From the NCBI GenBank assembly GCA_030390025.1, contig CM059431.1, positions 124,932,001 through 124,996,000 of the forward strand: a stretch of DNA of 64,000 bases. Direction: 5' to 3'. Below the pieces are notes generated by a model, which saw only the letters and a list, made by a program, of their open reading frames with translations, was not told the DNA's origin and searched no databases. Both the position numbers and the translations under genes were made by a program. Position 1 is the first letter of the stretch. Each line of letters opens with the position of its first letter. This document shows, in pieces, positions 61,601 to 64,000 of this stretch. The stretch comes from Squalus acanthias (lineage: Eukaryota).

Positions 61601-61823
61601 GCAAGGCGGCTTGCAGGTCTTAAATCCAGCAGCATGGATGATGTCATTGGAGGCGACTTTCTGTATGAAAAGACTCATTGGGCCAGGTGTTCCCACACGC
61701 AGGAAATCAATTGCCCAATTAGGGGAAAATCCCACTTTTTCAGCACTTCACTTCGGAGTCGGGGTCCTGACACGATTTCCACCTGACACGCCCCAGCCTG
61801 CCCACACTGACAAAATCCAGCCC
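58621..61823. mobile_element. Myb-only Harbinger derivative, copy 2 (3203 bp)
   Basis: TIR GGGCTCGATTTT / AAAATCCAGCCC and TAT/TCT flanks. Colinear with copy 1. Confidence 0.92.
59618..61543 (-). pseudogene. Myb/SANT-like + coiled-coil protein, 3 exons (61543-61304, 60981-60822, 60681-59618), 487 codons with one premature TAA (60647-49)
   Basis: Same 240- and 160-nt exons and splice sites as copy 1; frame conserved throughout. Confidence 0.88.
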
Positions 61824-61842
61824 TCTGCCTCTATTTATGAAA

Positions 61843-62104
61843 TGATGCGGAGATGCCGGTGTTGGACTGGGGTGGACAAAATTGAGAGTTCGCACAACAC
61901 CAGGTTATGCAGATAGTCAGGATGATATAATTTAGTTGTCTGCAATTGTAAGGTACACATGCATTGTTCTCTATCTATATATGCTTTGTCGAGTCTGTAT
62001 TTCTTTACTACTTCACCTGAGGAAGGGGCGATCGATAGCTCCGAAAGCTTGTGATTTCAAATAAAACTGTTGGACTATAACCTGGTGTTGTGCGACCTCT
62101 CAAT
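61843..62104 (+). mobile_element. Penelope-like element fragment with an inverted 5' piece
   Basis: 13-bp TSD TCTATTTATGAAA (61830-42, 62105-17) and a 29-bp inverted repeat at 61880-61908 / 62077-62105. Confidence 0.85.
62013..62054 (+). ncRNA. Minimal type I hammerhead ribozyme motif
   Basis: Stem I TCAC/GTGA, CTGAGGA (62017-23), stem II GGGGC/GCTCC, GAAA (62043-46), palindromic stem III AGCT, CUU triplet ending at 62050. Confidence 0.75.
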
Positions 62105-64000
62105 TCTATTTATGAAACCCAGGATCCCGTATGCTTTTTTAACCACTTTCTCAACCTGCCCTGCCGCCTTCAACGATTTGTGCACATACACCACCAGGTG
62201 TCTCTGTTCATGCACCCCCTTTAGAATTGTACCCTTTAGTTTATATTGCCTCTCTTCGTTCTTCCTACCAATATGTATCACTTCACACTTTTCTGCATTA
62301 AGTTTCATCTGCCACGTGTCCGCCCATTCCACCAGCCTGTCTATGTCCTCTTGAAGTCTATCACTATCATCCTCATTGTTCACTATACTTCCAAGTTTTG
62401 TGCCATCTGCAAATTTTGAAATAGTGCTCTGTACACCCAAGTCCAAGTCATTAATTAGAACTGTCACGATGAGACTGTTTTAAGTGAACATTGTGCACAT
62501 GATCATATTTCTCTTGCTGCTGACATCAAGTCAACATGAGTGACTGTCATATGCCAGGTGACCGTGTGATATTTAATTGTGTCACCGGGTAGCTGGGCGC
62601 TCCCCGTCTCTCCATCTCCCACCGCCATTAATGCGGATACTCAGTTATCTTGAGTGCCTCCTCCTCTGCTGCAGTCAGCGTGGCTATGACTGGAGGGACA
62701 CCTCCGGTTCTCTGGCTCTCCCAGGTGTTCTGTGCTCTCTTCTCCTGCAAGGAGGGAAACAAGAGACCTTTGAGTAAGAGCCATGGAATGAGTGGAACGG
62801 ATGGATGGGCAACATCTGTAGAGGGCGATTATGAGGGAGAGGCGTGATATTGCATTAAGATGAGGGGGAGTGTCAGTGATGGATGGTCAGATGAGGATGT
62901 GAGGAAGTGCATAGACAGAGAGGGATGGGTGCACCTGCAAGGTAGGTTGGTGTGAGGAGTGATGTGCAGGAGTAGGCTTGGGAAGGCAGAGTGAGGGGGT
63001 TGGGGTGACACACACATCAGGATGTAGTTGAATGTGGCATTGTACTCACCTTCCCTGACTTCATGAGGTCATTAAATCTCTTCCTGCACTGCATCCAGGA
63101 CCTCGTCACCACACTCCTGCTGCTCACTTCTGACGCTATCTCCAGCCATGCCTTATTGGTGTCTGAGGTTGTCCTCTTCCTCCTGTCAGCAGAGAATAGG
63201 ACCTCCCTGCGGGCCTTAACTCCTTGCACCAGGACTCCCAGGGAGGCATCACTAAATCGAGGGGCAGCTTTCAGATGCTGAGACTGCATTTTTTGTTCTG
63301 CAAACAAAACAAATTTCTCTCCAAACAAACTACTCTCTCTCACCAATGTCTCTCCACCTCCACCAACCTTCAACTGTCATCTGTGCATTGCTGCTTTAAA
63401 TACCTGAGCTGAATTGGACCCATGCGTGATGTCATCATGCCTGCTCCCGTTAATTGGTTGGGAAACCCGGAAGTCAGATGCAAATGCAGTGGCTTCATTA
63501 AAAAGCCACTGACAACACGCCACTTAAACGTCTGGATTCCCCATGCGATGAAGGGCTCCCCCGCTGCCAGCACCTCAGAAAGGTAAAAATCCCAGACATA
63601 GAACCCATTTAGAGTATGTGTTTCAGGGAAGCCCGCACCAAAAAAGAGCTGTTTGCCAGCAGGCTGGCCCTCTGCTTTTAATAAGGCCATCATTCTCTCT
63701 ACTATTTTTTGTCTTTGAGCTCCAATGGACAATCAATGAAAGCAGTTACTGTGTCCCGACCCACTTATTGTAGGAAAAAAATAATAGCACTATAGAAAAT
63801 TGTTTAATTGCTGCTGTTGCCCAACAATCTTGTGCCCAAACTTTGTGGCATTGCCAGCCTGTGATGCATCAGATTTGGGCAGGTATCCTTGCCACATACT
63901 CGGTAGAGCAGGTTAAAATTTCTGGAGTTTCTGGAGGCTTTCCGGTGAGCAAGTAACCTCGGCGATTTGACCTGCTCACCCACCCGCCCAGTTTCCACCA

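Larger units (their letters stand above)
54768..62455 (-). mobile_element. CR1 3' fragment broken into four pieces (54768-55304, 58551-58620, 61824-61842, 62106-62455)
   Basis: (TCATAGAA)n tail at 54768. The CR1 RT sequence is continuous once the three inserts and their TSDs are removed. Confidence 0.9.
54193..63289 (-). pseudogene. Myb/SANT gene of the outer Harbinger: exon 1 63289-63050, exon 2 62744-62586, exon 3 from 54743 (3' truncated)
   Basis: MQSQHLKAAPRFSDASL..WLEIASEV..RSWMQCRKRFNDL; 240-nt exon 1 with GTGAGT donor; 159-nt exon 2; coiled-coil exon 3. Confidence 0.82.
50176..63597. mobile_element. Harbinger transposon (transposase +, Myb gene -) expanded to 13.4 kb by nested insertions
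   Basis: TIR GACCGGAATTTT / AAAATCCCAGAC (9/12 match) and ATA TSD (50173-75, 63598-600). Both genes can be reconstructed across the inserts. Confidence 0.85.

Noticed and set aside
55305..61823. Simple tandem or segmental duplication
   Set aside because: Each unit has its own TIRs and TSD, and the 70-bp spacer is unique, contiguous CR1 sequence.

Overview
Eukaryotic, transposon-dense, apparently intergenic or intronic DNA, most likely from an elasmobranch (shark/ray): it carries an HE1/V-SINE, DeuSINE (SacSINE1-like) copies, CR1 LINEs with (TTCTATGA)n tails and L2. I found no convincing host protein-coding exon. Main components: (1) an internally deleted provirus (7107-15216) with two LTRs, a tRNA-Leu PBS, coiled-coil/CCHC gag, an in-frame UGA plus putative pseudoknot before pro, a truncated RT and a transmembrane env remnant, resembling a lokiretrovirus; (2) many PIF/Harbinger elements, including a 13.4-kb nested element (50176-63597) and two 3.2-kb derivatives that lost the transposase core but keep a nearly intact 3-exon Myb/SANT gene; (3) two copies of a long LTR family, both inserted in Harbinger coding sequence; (4) two small Penelope-derived inserts with TSDs and minimal hammerhead ribozymes, one forming a near-perfect 200-bp palindrome; (5) a full-length CR1 with a 76-bp 5' monomer array, plus many truncated LINEs. 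All family names come from motif recognition by eye, not from database searches.
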